Assembly (NCBI GenBank): GCA_015059105.1
Contig: SVBB01000001.1
Coordinates: 75,936 to 139,935, forward strand
Length of the DNA stretch: 64,000 bases
Direction of reading: 5' to 3'
Source: Erysipelotrichaceae bacterium
Lineage (GTDB): Bacteria; Bacillota_I; Bacilli_A; RFN20; CAG-826
The translations under genes were made by a program, and so were the position numbers. The number at the start of each line of letters is the position of its first letter. The stretch's first letter is position 1. Of this stretch, positions 36,436-47,489 are shown in pieces. Below the pieces are notes generated by a model. The model made no database searches, was not told the origin of the DNA, and was given only the letters and a program-made list of their open reading frames with translations.

Positions 36436-39400
36436 TTAGTTTTCGATGAGTTCTATCTTACTAGCGATAAAACTACTCTCTCCTTGATTATTTTTGTTAC
36501 TTCCTTCTATAAGAAGGATATTGTTCTTTTTAATGTAGCGCATATTATCGGAATATAAATCCGAGAAGATGGTTACTTCAAATTCCGATGTTTGGTCGAA
36601 TAATTTAATAAACGCCATCGGAGTTCCTTTCTTCGTATTGATAATCTTAACTGATTTAACGATACCCATAATCTTAAAGTTACCTTTATGTTCGTTAGCC
36701 TCATTTAAAGAGACGATATCGTACTTATCATATAAATCAGAACGATATGAAAGGGGATTAGAGGAAAGCATGATTCCTAATGCTTCATATTCATCATTGA
36801 GATTATCAAGCGGATTATCTTTAACTTCAATAATCGATGGCGGTGGAAGGAGCGAATCATCTAATAATACTTGTCCTTGACCGCTTGAGATGAGGTCTGC
36901 GTATTGTAACCCTTTACCAATTGAAGCGAGTAAAGATGCGCGAGATGGATTTAATGAATCAAATACACCCGCGCGAATGAGATGCTCTAAAGATGATTCA
37001 CTGATGCCGTATTTAAACATTCTGACGATAAAGGAGAAGAAATCGGTAAATGGTCCGTTTTCTTTTCTTTCTTCTAAGATGTTATTTACTAGGATATAGG
37101 TAATTCCTCTAATTTCTCCAAGAGGATATAATAATCCGTTATTATAAATAATAAAATTCTTTTCACTGTGATTGATATCAGGGACATAAACAGGGATATT
37201 TCGACTTCGCATTTCACTGACATATTCAGAGAATTTGGAGTCGCTAGTAGAAGAAGCGGTCATCATAATAGAAGCATAGAATTCAAGTGGATAATGCGAT
37301 TTTAAATATGCCATTTCGCAGGCGATATATGCATAAACTGCCGCGTGAGATTTGTTGAAACCGTAATTCGCGAATTTCATAATCGCGTCATAAACAGTTT
37401 TACTGACTTTATCGGAATAGCCTTTTTTCTTACACCCCTCTAAGAATTTTGCTTCCATTGCTTTTAAGACATCGGCTTTCTTTTTAGAAATACCTCTTCT
37501 AAATAAATCGGCTTCTGAAACGGAAAATCCTGCCATCTTCACCGCGACACCGGTGACTTGTTCTTGATATGTTAATACCCCATATGTATCTTCAAGGACC
37601 TCTTTGAGGTCATTAGAGAGATATGTCACTGGCTCTTCCCCATGTTTTCTTCTCGCATAAGTGGGGATAGAGGCCATTGGCCCAGGTCTAAATAAAGAGA
37701 TGACGGCGACGACATCTTCAAAACGCGATGGTCTAATCGTTTTAATCGCGCGTTTCATTCCGGCGCTTTCAAGTTGGAAGATACCCGTTAACTGACCTTT
37801 TGATATCAGTTCATATGTTTCAGGTTTATCAAAATCGATGTGTTTCGGATCTAAACTAACATCTTGATGATTCTCATTGATGAGCTTAACGCAGTAATCG
37901 ATAGTAGTAAGGTTTCTTAAAGAGAGGAAGTCCATCTTTAAAAAGCCTTGCTCTTCTAAATAAATTGATTCGTACTGGGTGACGTAGTGGCCATCGATAT
38001 CATAGGTAACTGGCAAAGAAGATTCCATAGGAGTGTTATTTAATATAACTCCTGCTGCGTGAAGTCCGTTTTGACGCGGTAATCCTTCGATTTTCCTCGC
38101 TAAAGAGACGATTTGTAAATAATCGTGATCGCTATCGACGAGCTTTTTAAAAGCTGGTAATTTACGGTATGCATCCGCAAGAGTTAATTTAGGATCAGTA
38201 ATCGTTTTAGAAAGATTATCAATCAACCAACTTCGAGAAGAGAATTCATCATATATTCTTCCGATATCTCTAATCGCTTGTTTAGCCATAATCGTTTGGA
38301 AAGTGGAGATTTGGGCAACTCTATTTTCCCCATATTTCTCTCTCATATAATCGATGACTTCGTTTCTTCTCGTGTCCATGAAGTCGACGTCGATATCTGG
38401 CATCGTTTTTCTCCCCGGATTTAAGAAGCGTTCAAACTGCAAATCATATTTGATTGGGTCGACTTTGGTAATTCCTAAAGCATAAGAAACTAAAGAGCCA
38501 GCGGCAGAACCTCTTCCGGGACCGACTAATATACCGACATCTTCCGCGTGTTTGATGAAATCTTGAACGATTAAGAAATAATCCGCAAAACCCATTGAGG
38601 TGATGATACCTATTTCATATTCCGCTCTTTTTAGATATTCTTCTTGGTTTAAACTTTTTTCTTTTAAACCGTTATAAACATTATCTTTTAAAGTTTGAAC
38701 ACTGTCTTCGACTGGATAGTGGAGCATCTCACCTCTTTTTTTCGCGAAAGATAAAGTGGATGACTTGATTAATTCCACAGTCTTAGATAGTTCAGATTTG
38801 GAATATATCTTTGAATAATCGGCTTCTTTCATAAAATAATGCTGACCAGTTTTTTCTTTAACGGAGATGTTTTCATCTTCTTTAATCGCATGAACGATAT
38901 CTAAGATAATCGCGTCTTCTTTATTTAAATAAAGGATGCGAGGGAATGCGATAGTGGTATAAGTATATTCAGCAGCAAATTTTCTCACTTTATTCGCATA
39001 ATGAACTTCATCTTTGCTGGTGACTTCAATACCGAGATAGAAACTATCAAACATTCTTGAGATATTTAACAAGTATTTAGTGAATTTGCTGTCTATTTCT
39101 TTACTAAACTCATCTTTAAAATGTCCTTCGTTAGTGGATAGGATACCTAGTAAACCCTGATGGTTATCTTTTAAGAAAGATGAGACATCCATTTCTTTAT
39201 TTAATAAAGAAGATAATAAACAAAGATTTTTATAACCCTCATCATTAAGGGCATAAATAGAGATATTATCTCCGTTAAGCGAGATTTCAATTCCGATTAA
39301 ATAGGGTTTATTAATCTCGTCCATCATCTTGACGAATTTAGGAACGCCGTATAAGACGTTGATATCAGATATGGCCGCACCAAAATAATCATTCTCTTTG

Positions 39401-39483
39401 ACGGCTTTTTTGATTTTCTCAATCGTTAATCCGCTTTGGAGAAAAGAATATCCACTGATGATGTGAAGAGGTGCAAAAATCAT
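36436..39483 (-). CDS. dnaE: DNA polymerase III alpha subunit (DnaE-type, PHP domain).
   Basis: 1015 aa with PHP N-terminal domain, polymerase core, and a C-terminal OB fold. Confidence 0.85.
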   Translation of the reverse strand: MIFAPLHIISGYSFLQSGLTIEKIKKAVKENDYFGAAISDINVLYGVPKFVKMMDEINKPYLIGIEISLNGDNISIYALNDEGYKNLCLLSSLLNKEMDVSSFLKDNHQGLLGILSTNEGHFKDEFSKEIDSKFTKYLLNISRMFDSFYLGIEVTSKDEVHYANKVRKFAAEYTYTTIAFPRILYLNKEDAIILDIVHAIKEDENISVKEKTGQHYFMKEADYSKIYSKSELSKTVELIKSSTLSFAKKRGEMLHYPVEDSVQTLKDNVYNGLKEKSLNQEEYLKRAEYEIGIITSMGFADYFLIVQDFIKHAEDVGILVGPGRGSAAGSLVSYALGITKVDPIKYDLQFERFLNPGRKTMPDIDVDFMDTRRNEVIDYMREKYGENRVAQISTFQTIMAKQAIRDIGRIYDEFSSRSWLIDNLSKTITDPKLTLADAYRKLPAFKKLVDSDHDYLQIVSLARKIEGLPRQNGLHAAGVILNNTPMESSLPVTYDIDGHYVTQYESIYLEEQGFLKMDFLSLRNLTTIDYCVKLINENHQDVSLDPKHIDFDKPETYELISKGQLTGIFQLESAGMKRAIKTIRPSRFEDVVAVISLFRPGPMASIPTYARRKHGEEPVTYLSNDLKEVLEDTYGVLTYQEQVTGVAVKMAGFSVSEADLFRRGISKKKADVLKAMEAKFLEGCKKKGYSDKVSKTVYDAIMKFANYGFNKSHAAVYAYIACEMAYLKSHYPLEFYASIMMTASSTSDSKFSEYVSEMRSRNIPVYVPDINHSEKNFIIYNNGLLYPLGEIRGITYILVNNILEERKENGPFTDFFSFIVRMFKYGISESSLEHLIRAGVFDSLNPSRASLLASIGKGLQYADLISSGQGQVLLDDSLLPPPSIIEVKDNPLDNLNDEYEALGIMLSSNPLSYRSDLYDKYDIVSLNEANEHKGNFKIMGIVKSVKIINTKKGTPMAFIKLFDQTSEFEVTIFSDLYSDNMRYIKKNNILLIEGSNKNNQGESSFIASKIELIEN

Positions 39484-39488
39484 AATTG

Positions 39489-40496
39489 TTATTTATTAAA
39501 TAAATTATTGAGTTCTTCGATTAAAGCAGGGAGTTCTTCAATCTTCTTAAGTTTTGCCCCAGAAGCATTTTCATGACCGCCACCGTTAAAGTGAGAAGCC
39601 ACTTCGTTAATTGGAGTAGTTTTACTACGTAAAGAGATTCTCCAGCGCCAAGTATGGTCTTCAACATCTTCCGTTGCAGAAACCCAGGCATTAATGCCTT
39701 CGATATTGGCGAAGATATTGATGCTTTCTTTTCCTTGCTCAACCTCAATACCGAGCTCTTTTTGAATTTGATCGGTAAGAATATAATAAGCAACGCCTTG
39801 TTCGGTTAATGTGTAATTATTTAAAATGTACTTCTTTAAGTCCAAATCATTCTTTGGCTTGAGGAACATATTTTGGGTGATTTCAGTAACATCTAAACCA
39901 GTGCTGACGAGTTCTCCCGCGGTGATGAATGTTCTCGGCTCAGTGTGTTGATATTTAAATCCTCCAGAGTCTCCGACGATACCGATATATAAATTCTTTG
40001 CTGTTTCTTTAGAAAGAACATATTTATCGCGATAGAAGAGAAACATATTAGCGAGTATTTCCGCGCAGGCGACATATGTTTCATCGATTAAAATCACTTT
40101 GCCCCAGTTTTCAATCTTTGGGTGATGGTCAATTCTAATCTTATATTTCGCTTTTTTATAACGTGGATCAGCGATTCTAGGAGTGTTAGCGACATCCACT
40201 AAGATGGCTAAAACCGGGCCATCGAACCAATTCGCATTTACTCTATCCATCTCTTTGAATACTCTTGGGGTGTAGTTATAGTGGTTGTCACCTAAACAAA
40301 TAACTTCTTTGTTAGGGAAATTATCTTTAATCCAACTGGCAAAGCCAAGTTGACTACCTAAAGCATCATAATCTGGGGAAGTATGACGAAAGAGGGCAAT
40401 CTTATCGTATTTTTCTATCGCTTTAATGATTTTGCGATATTCTTTTTGATATTTTTTGCCTTCATTTTTAATGATTTCGGGAAGTTTTTTATCCAT
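39489..40496 (-). CDS. nrnA: DHH/DHHA1 phosphoesterase NrnA (nanoRNase / pAp phosphatase).
   Basis: DHH motifs and the C-terminal GGGH (FNGGGHENASG). Confidence 0.75.
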   Translation of the reverse strand: MDKKLPEIIKNEGKKYQKEYRKIIKAIEKYDKIALFRHTSPDYDALGSQLGFASWIKDNFPNKEVICLGDNHYNYTPRVFKEMDRVNANWFDGPVLAILVDVANTPRIADPRYKKAKYKIRIDHHPKIENWGKVILIDETYVACAEILANMFLFYRDKYVLSKETAKNLYIGIVGDSGGFKYQHTEPRTFITAGELVSTGLDVTEITQNMFLKPKNDLDLKKYILNNYTLTEQGVAYYILTDQIQKELGIEVEQGKESINIFANIEGINAWVSATEDVEDHTWRWRISLRSKTTPINEVASHFNGGGHENASGAKLKKIEELPALIEELNNLFNK

Positions 40497-41707
40497 TAGT
40501 TAGATTTCTTTCCTTCAACGATGCACATTTGATAAGCATCACGGGCAATCATCACTTCTTCATCAGTTGGGATGACGACCACTTTAATTTTGCTATTAGG
40601 AGTGGAGATAACGGCTTCTTTACCTCTTAAGTCTTTATTGATTTCTTCATCGATTTCGACACCGAAAGCTTCATTTAATAATTTGCCGACAGCTGATCTA
40701 GTTCTTGGTTCATTTTCTCCTATTCCAGCGGAGAAGATGATTAAATCACATCCGCCTAAACGGACGTAATATTGACCGATATAATCAGCAATTCTTCTGT
40801 TGAATAAATTATTGGCTAGAATTGCTCTTGGGTCACCTTTTTCAACAGCGGCAAGGACATCACGGGAGTCATTAGAAATACCAGAAACACCTAAGAAACC
40901 GGATTTCTTATTGAACATTTGGTAGACTTCTTCCGCGGATTTACCAGTGACGGAAACAACATAGTTGAAAACGCTTGGATCCATATCGCCAGTACGGGTG
41001 CCCATCATGATACCACCTAAAGGTGTAAGGCCCATTGATGTCGCGACGCATTTGCCGTCTTTAATCGCAGTGATAGAGCTACCAGAACCGATGTGACAAG
41101 AGATGATGCGTGGGTGTTTAACACCTTCTAAGTATTTCAAACCTTCTTGGGAAAGGTATTTATGGCTTGTACCATGCGCGCCATAACGACGGATATCGTA
41201 TTTTTCAGTTAATTCATATGGAATTGGGAAAGTGTAATCTTCTGGTTCCATAGTTTGATGGAAAGCTGTATCAAAAGTGGCAATCGCTGGGGTATCAGGA
41301 ATGACATTCTTGAACGCTTGGAAACAAGTTAAGTGGGCTGCATTATGAAGTGGGGCAAGTGGAATTAAAGAACGAATCTTTTCTTCTGTATCTTTATTAA
41401 ACATCTCTGAATGAGAGAAATATTTACCACCTTGAACGATTCTGTGACCAATCGCTTTGATTTCATCAAACGATTTGATGATGCCTTTTTCCACTAAAGC
41501 ATCTAATAAAGTTTGCGCAGCGACTGAGTGATCTGGGAAGACGGGATAAGAAACATCCTTTTTGTCGCCATATTTAATAGTGAAAATGCCATCTGCATTT
41601 CCAATTCTTTCGCAGTTACCGCTGCAAATTACTTTTTCTTCAGGCATTTCATAAAGTTTGAATTTTAAAGAACTTGAACCTGAATTGATTGTCATTACTT
41701 TTGCCAT
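40496..41707 (-). CDS. ackA: Acetate kinase.
   Basis: MAKVMTINSGSSSLKFKLYEM... with the acetokinase signature. Confidence 0.9.
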   Translation of the reverse strand: MAKVMTINSGSSSLKFKLYEMPEEKVICSGNCERIGNADGIFTIKYGDKKDVSYPVFPDHSVAAQTLLDALVEKGIIKSFDEIKAIGHRIVQGGKYFSHSEMFNKDTEEKIRSLIPLAPLHNAAHLTCFQAFKNVIPDTPAIATFDTAFHQTMEPEDYTFPIPYELTEKYDIRRYGAHGTSHKYLSQEGLKYLEGVKHPRIISCHIGSGSSITAIKDGKCVATSMGLTPLGGIMMGTRTGDMDPSVFNYVVSVTGKSAEEVYQMFNKKSGFLGVSGISNDSRDVLAAVEKGDPRAILANNLFNRRIADYIGQYYVRLGGCDLIIFSAGIGENEPRTRSAVGKLLNEAFGVEIDEEINKDLRGKEAVISTPNSKIKVVVIPTDEEVMIARDAYQMCIVEGKKSN

Positions 41708-41915
41708 AATTATTCTCCTATATTGACTCCGTTATATATTATATGATTTATGGCTATTTTTAAATAATAATTTAAAGTTGAGGATAAGAAAAAGAATAGA
41801 CAAAAATGGTGAAAAAGAGATTTTTATATCAAGGTTATTTATAGCAATAGTAGGTTATAAATTATTATTGGTATTTCTCCTACCTTATTCGTTAACAAAG
41901 TGATATCATATAACC

Positions 41916-42398
41916 ATGGAAAAAATATCGACTACTGTAAATGAAAAGACGATTAAAGAGCTCCAGAAAAAGAGACAAATGACCGTATTAATTGCCTTTT
42001 GTTTCGGCCCTATCTGTATCGGCTTATATGTTTTATTTGGTTTTCTAAATAGTAGTTGGAATAACGTTTTGAATATGATCCTCCTCGTATTGGGGGCATT
42101 TTTAATCGCTTTATCTATCTTAATTGAATTTCAATTACAAAAGCGAGCACTAGTGTATAAGAAAAATGCATATGAATCGACTTATGAATTCTTTGATGAT
42201 CACATTCTTTTAACGGCTTATCATAACGGCGAAAAGTTCGAACAACAAAATATCAAATATAAAGATTTATATGGATATTATGAAACCGCGAATTATGTCG
42301 TCCTTAAATTAACCGACTTCCATTCATTACCAATAAATAAGGTTAGTGGTTTAACAGATTTTTTATCAAATAAGGGTGTAACTAGAAGAACAAAATAG
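41916..42398 (+). CDS. Hypothetical membrane protein (2 TM plus a soluble C-terminal domain).
   Basis: Assigned on hydrophobicity alone; no motif recognised. Confidence 0.45.
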   Translation: MEKISTTVNEKTIKELQKKRQMTVLIAFCFGPICIGLYVLFGFLNSSWNNVLNMILLVLGAFLIALSILIEFQLQKRALVYKKNAYESTYEFFDDHILLTAYHNGEKFEQQNIKYKDLYGYYETANYVVLKLTDFHSLPINKVSGLTDFLSNKGVTRRTK

Positions 42399-42462
42399 TG
42401 TTCATAAACTATCAAATTATTTTAAAAATAGGTTAATAACAATTAACGTATTCAACATATTG

Positions 42463-42485
42463 ACGGGTGCAAATCCCGTTTTTCT
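42463..42485 (+). terminator. Terminator.
   Basis: ACGGG-tgcaaat-CCCGT followed by TTTTT. Confidence 0.5.
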
Positions 42486-42561
42486 ATATATTTTTACTAG
42501 TTTTTCTTTTAAAGAAATGTCGTTTTTGTTTACAATAGAAGTATAGTGGAGGAAAAAAGCT

Positions 42562-44433
42562 ATGGCTTTTGGATTGTTATATGACTATTTGATGGGTCAA
42601 TGTATCGACGCCTATCAATATTTTGGTGCTCACTTTACAGAGCAAAAGATCGATAAGAAAAACGTTCCAGGTGTCGTTTTTAGATTATACGCGCCTATGG
42701 CTGATGATGTGAGCGTCATCGGTGAATGGAACTTCTGGGATGTCGGCGCCCACAAAATGCATAAGGTCGATGATTGTGGTGTTTGGGAAATCTTTATTCC
42801 TGGACTTCAAAATTATCAATCTTATAAATTCCATTTTAGAAATGCGCGCGGACATTATGTTGACAAAATCGACCCATTTGCATTCTATGCTGAAGAAGCA
42901 CCTGGTACATGCTCAAGACTTTTCGATAACAGAAACTTTGCTTGGCATGATGATCCATGGCTAAAATCTAGAACTCGTAACTTTGATAAACCAATGTCTA
43001 TCTATGAAATGCATATCGGTTCCTGGTATGGCAGAGCCGCAGATGGACATAGAAGATCATATGAAGAAATCGCTGATGAATTAGTGCCATATTTAAAAGG
43101 TATGGGCTTCACTCATATCGAAATGATGCCAATCACTCAATATCCATTTGATGGTTCTTGGGGATATCAAGGTACTGGTTTCTTCGCGGTTGATTCTAGA
43201 TATGGTAACCCATTCCAATTAATGAGTTTAATCGATAGATTACACCAAGCCGGAATCGGTGTTATTCTCGACTTCGCACCAGTGCACTTCGCCACTGATG
43301 AATGGGGCTTAAGCAAATATGATGGCACTTGCTTATATGAATATGATAATGAATGGAGAGTTTCTCCTTGGGGTTCATATCAATTCGATTTAGGCAAAGA
43401 TCCAGTGAGAAGCTTCCTCATGTCAGCGATGAACTACTTCTTAGATTATTTCCACTTCGATGGTATCCGTGTTGACGCGGTCAGTAACATCATCTATTAC
43501 AATGGTGACTGCTCCATCGGTGAAAACTCCGGTGCGATTGAATTCATCAAGAGACTCAACGGCAAATTACATATCGCCCATGATTCCATTATGATGATCG
43601 CGGAAGATTCCACAGCTTATTCTGGTACAACTAGACCAACCGAATACGGTGGGCTTGGTTTTGATTACAAATGGGATTTAGGTTGGATGAACGATACTCT
43701 CAAATATTATTCAAAAGACCCAATTTATAAGAAATATGAGCATAACAAACTCACATTCTCTATGGCTTATTTCTATTCCGATAATTTCATGTTACCTCTT
43801 TCCCACGACGAAGTCGTGCATGGTAAAGGTACCATCATCAATAAGTTATGGGGCGATTATGATAACAAATTCGCTTTATTACGTAACTTATATGCTTACC
43901 AATTCGGTCACCCAGGAAAGAAACTCAACTTCATGGGCAACGAACTCGCAAGCTTTGATGAATGGAATGAACAAAAATCTTGTCCATGGGAACTCAAAGC
44001 CTATCCAAAACACGATAGTGTTACCCGCTGCATGAAGGACCTCAACTTCATCTATCAACATGAAAGACCAATGTATTTTGAAGAGCACAACCCAGTGCAT
44101 TTCCGTTGGTTAATTGTCGATAATGCGGAACAATCCATCTTTGCATTCCAAAGACAAGTGGATGATGAAATCCTCGTCTTCGTCTATAACATGACCCCTA
44201 ACTACTATGAATATTACGAAATTCCTCTATTCGAAGCTGGTAAATATGAGGAAATCTTCAACTCTGATAAAGATGTTTACGGCGGTTGGAACCAATACAA
44301 TGGTTTACCACTTGATTCCTACCCTGTCGATGATTGGGAAAAGCCACATCGCATCTGCATCAAGCTCGGTTCATTCGCCGCTTGTTTCTTTAGACGCGTG
44401 AAACCAGAACCAGCTAAAAAAGCGAAAAAGTAA
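42562..44433 (+). CDS. glgB: 1,4-alpha-glucan branching enzyme (GH13).
   Basis: CBM48 plus GH13 catalytic regions (..GFDGIRVDAV.., ..EDST..). Confidence 0.85.
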   Translation: MAFGLLYDYLMGQCIDAYQYFGAHFTEQKIDKKNVPGVVFRLYAPMADDVSVIGEWNFWDVGAHKMHKVDDCGVWEIFIPGLQNYQSYKFHFRNARGHYVDKIDPFAFYAEEAPGTCSRLFDNRNFAWHDDPWLKSRTRNFDKPMSIYEMHIGSWYGRAADGHRRSYEEIADELVPYLKGMGFTHIEMMPITQYPFDGSWGYQGTGFFAVDSRYGNPFQLMSLIDRLHQAGIGVILDFAPVHFATDEWGLSKYDGTCLYEYDNEWRVSPWGSYQFDLGKDPVRSFLMSAMNYFLDYFHFDGIRVDAVSNIIYYNGDCSIGENSGAIEFIKRLNGKLHIAHDSIMMIAEDSTAYSGTTRPTEYGGLGFDYKWDLGWMNDTLKYYSKDPIYKKYEHNKLTFSMAYFYSDNFMLPLSHDEVVHGKGTIINKLWGDYDNKFALLRNLYAYQFGHPGKKLNFMGNELASFDEWNEQKSCPWELKAYPKHDSVTRCMKDLNFIYQHERPMYFEEHNPVHFRWLIVDNAEQSIFAFQRQVDDEILVFVYNMTPNYYEYYEIPLFEAGKYEEIFNSDKDVYGGWNQYNGLPLDSYPVDDWEKPHRICIKLGSFAACFFRRVKPEPAKKAKK

Positions 44434-44492
44434 TTTTATATATAGTATTATCTATAAATCTATAATATATTAACGTATCAAAGGAGCTAACT

Positions 44493-46895
44493 ATGTTCGA
44501 AAATAAAGAAAATTTTAAAAAAGAATTCCAAAGACGTATGTTAGAAAGATATGGGACTCGTATCGATAACTCCCATGTCATCGAACAATATACTATCTTA
44601 GGCGAAATGGTTCGTGACTACTGTAATATGGACTTCTTGAAGAGCCATGATAACTCAATCAAGCATCATCGTACTTTAATCTATTTCTCAATGGAATTCC
44701 TTATTGGACGTCTTCTCGTCAACAATATGCAAAACCGTGGAATTTACCAAGTTGCCAAAAGCGGCTTAGATGAACTCGGTATCAATATCCATAACCTTGA
44801 AGAAGTGGAAAGCGATGCTGGTTTAGGTAATGGTGGTCTTGGTCGACTAGCGGCCTGTTTCTTAGATTCCATCGCCTCTTTAGGCTATATCGGTCACGGT
44901 AACTGTATTCGTTATGAATACGGTTTCTTCCGTCAAAAATTCGTCAAAGGCAAACAAACTGAACTTCCAGATCAATGGTTAACTAATGGTAACGTTTGGG
45001 AAGTTAAAAAACCAAAATATGCGGAAGAAGTCAAATTCTACGGCAACCCTGAAACATTCTTAAAACCTGATGGAAGTTATGGTATCAAAACTGCGAATGC
45101 AATTTGCATTCGTGCAGTGCCATATGATGTTCCTGTCATCGGTTATCGTAATGGCTTGACTAATGTTTTAAGATTATGGTCTGCAGAACCTAGCAGTCAC
45201 CATCTTCCAAAGAATATTTCCTTCCAAGACTATTTAACAACCTTAAAGGAACTCTGCCACGGCTTATATCCAGATGATTCCACTGAGGAAGGTCGTATTT
45301 TAAGACTTAGACAACAATATTTCTTAGTCTCTGCTGGTATTCAATCCACATTAAGAAGTTATTTTAGACACAATAATACTTTAGTTGGTATTCATAACGA
45401 CTATGTTTTCCAACTCAATGATACTCACCCAATCTTAGCAATCCCAGAAATGATGAGAGTGATGATGGATGAATACAATATGGAATGGGATGATGCTTGG
45501 AAAGAAGTAACCCAGTGTATGGCTTATACTAATCACACAGTCATGCCAGAAGCGCTTGAAAAATGGCCATGCAGATATGTCCAAATGCTCATTCCACGTT
45601 GTTATATGATCATTGAAGAAATCAATCGTCGTTTCAACATTGAAATGAACAATAACGGAGTTAACGAAGTTGATAGAATCGCGATGAACATCATCAAAGA
45701 TGGTCAAATCCATATGACTAACTTAGCGATTTATACTTGCTTCTCCGTTAACGGTGTTGCGGCATTACATACTGAAATCTTAAAGAGAATGACATTTAAA
45801 GAATTCTATGCTTATATGCCACAGAAATTCAATAACAAGACCAACGGTGTCACTCATAGAAGATGGCTTGTTAACGCTAACCCAGAACTCACTAAATTAG
45901 TTTCTTCTAAAATCGGTGAAGACTGGATTAAAGACATGTCCAAAATCAAAGATTTTGAAAAATTCGCTGATGATAAAGATGTCCTTCAACAAATGGATAA
46001 CATCAAGCTCGAGAATAAAAAGAAACTCGCCGCTTTTGTCAAAGAGAATTACAAGATTGAAGTCGATGTCAATTCCATCTTCGATGTTCAAATCAAACGT
46101 TTACATGCTTATAAACGTCAATTAATGAACATCTTCCATATCATCTATTTATATCAAAGAATGAAGACAGATCCATCTTTCAGAATCTATCCACATACAT
46201 TCTTCTTTGGCGCGAAAGCTGCTCCTAGTTATGAATACGCGAAAAAGATTATCGAATTGATCTTAGCGGTTGCCAAAGTTATCAATAACGATGAAGAGAC
46301 TAATAAATATCTCAAGATCGTCTTCGTGGAAAATTATGGTGTTTCTCTCGCTGAACTCATCATTCCAGCCGCTGATGTCTCTGAACAAATCTCCACAGCT
46401 GGTAAAGAAGCTTCTGGTACTTCCAATATGAAGTTTATGATGAATGGTGCAATCACTCTTGGTACTTTAGATGGTGCGAACATTGAAATTGCTGATTTAG
46501 CAGGTAAAGATAACTGTGTTATCTTCGGCTTAAAAGAAAACGAAGTTGAAGAAGCGAAACGTACCGGTAGTTATAACCCATGGGATATCTATAATTCCGA
46601 CTACCGTGTGAAGAATATCATGGATAGCTTATTCAACGCGGAATGGGCTTCTGATAACCATAATAAATTCGCGATGATCTTTGATGAAATCATGAACCGT
46701 CGTGATGAATACTTCATCCTCGCGGATTTTGATTCCTATGTTAAAGCGCATGAAAAGGTCATGGAACTTTACCAAAACAAACTCAATTGGCAAAAGATGG
46801 CGTTATATAACATCGCCAATAGTGGTTACTTCTCTTCTGACCGTACTATTGAACAATACGCTCAAGAGATTTGGCATTTAGAGAAAGTGAAATAA
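44493..46895 (+). CDS. glgP: Glycogen/maltodextrin phosphorylase.
   Basis: PLP-site motif EASGTSNMKFMMNGA. Confidence 0.9.
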   Translation: MFENKENFKKEFQRRMLERYGTRIDNSHVIEQYTILGEMVRDYCNMDFLKSHDNSIKHHRTLIYFSMEFLIGRLLVNNMQNRGIYQVAKSGLDELGINIHNLEEVESDAGLGNGGLGRLAACFLDSIASLGYIGHGNCIRYEYGFFRQKFVKGKQTELPDQWLTNGNVWEVKKPKYAEEVKFYGNPETFLKPDGSYGIKTANAICIRAVPYDVPVIGYRNGLTNVLRLWSAEPSSHHLPKNISFQDYLTTLKELCHGLYPDDSTEEGRILRLRQQYFLVSAGIQSTLRSYFRHNNTLVGIHNDYVFQLNDTHPILAIPEMMRVMMDEYNMEWDDAWKEVTQCMAYTNHTVMPEALEKWPCRYVQMLIPRCYMIIEEINRRFNIEMNNNGVNEVDRIAMNIIKDGQIHMTNLAIYTCFSVNGVAALHTEILKRMTFKEFYAYMPQKFNNKTNGVTHRRWLVNANPELTKLVSSKIGEDWIKDMSKIKDFEKFADDKDVLQQMDNIKLENKKKLAAFVKENYKIEVDVNSIFDVQIKRLHAYKRQLMNIFHIIYLYQRMKTDPSFRIYPHTFFFGAKAAPSYEYAKKIIELILAVAKVINNDEETNKYLKIVFVENYGVSLAELIIPAADVSEQISTAGKEASGTSNMKFMMNGAITLGTLDGANIEIADLAGKDNCVIFGLKENEVEEAKRTGSYNPWDIYNSDYRVKNIMDSLFNAEWASDNHNKFAMIFDEIMNRRDEYFILADFDSYVKAHEKVMELYQNKLNWQKMALYNIANSGYFSSDRTIEQYAQEIWHLEKVK

Positions 46896-46896
46896 G

Positions 46897-47424
46897 ATGC
46901 CATTTTTAAAAGACACGCAAATAGAAGAAACGGAAATCGCGCACTTAAAGCCTCTTTTCGAATCGCAAGGAAGACTTGACGCGGCTATTCACGCTAATCA
47001 TAAAGTGAATTATGAAGTGACTCGTCCGCGTCGCATCTTAGCCTTGTTAGTGGAAATAGGGGAGTTCGCGAATACGACACGTTGTTTCAAATATTGGTCC
47101 AATAAAGGAATGGAAGATAAAGATACTGTTCTAGATGAATATGCGGACGGTATGCATTTCTTCCTCTCCCTAGGAATCGATATTAAAACGACCAAAGTTG
47201 ATTACGAAGTTCGTAACCCAGGTCGCGATTTGGTCAGTCAAATCCATCTCGTCTATTCACGTATCGAAGACTTTAAAAAAGATCCACAAGAGATCCCTTA
47301 TGTCAAAGCCTTCTCCGCTTTCTTAAATATTCTTCCTCTCATCGGATTTACCTTCCATGATGCTGAGCTCGCATATTATAAGAAACTAAATGTGAATTAT
47401 AATAGACAAGAAACGAATTATTAA
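46897..47424 (+). CDS. All-alpha NTP pyrophosphohydrolase-like protein (dimeric dUTPase / MazG-like fold); tentative.
   Basis: ..EIGEFANTTRCFKYWS...LDEYADGMHF.. region. Confidence 0.35.
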   Translation: MPFLKDTQIEETEIAHLKPLFESQGRLDAAIHANHKVNYEVTRPRRILALLVEIGEFANTTRCFKYWSNKGMEDKDTVLDEYADGMHFFLSLGIDIKTTKVDYEVRNPGRDLVSQIHLVYSRIEDFKKDPQEIPYVKAFSAFLNILPLIGFTFHDAELAYYKKLNVNYNRQETNY

Positions 47425-47445
47425 TACTTTGTATTAAGATAACAA

Positions 47446-47473
47446 AAAAGAATGGTCGCCCATTCTTTTTTTA
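47446..47473. terminator. Bidirectional terminator.
   Basis: AAGAATGG-tcgc-CCATTCTT followed by TTTTTT. Confidence 0.6.
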
Positions 47474-47489
47474 TATTTTTGTTGTTGAT

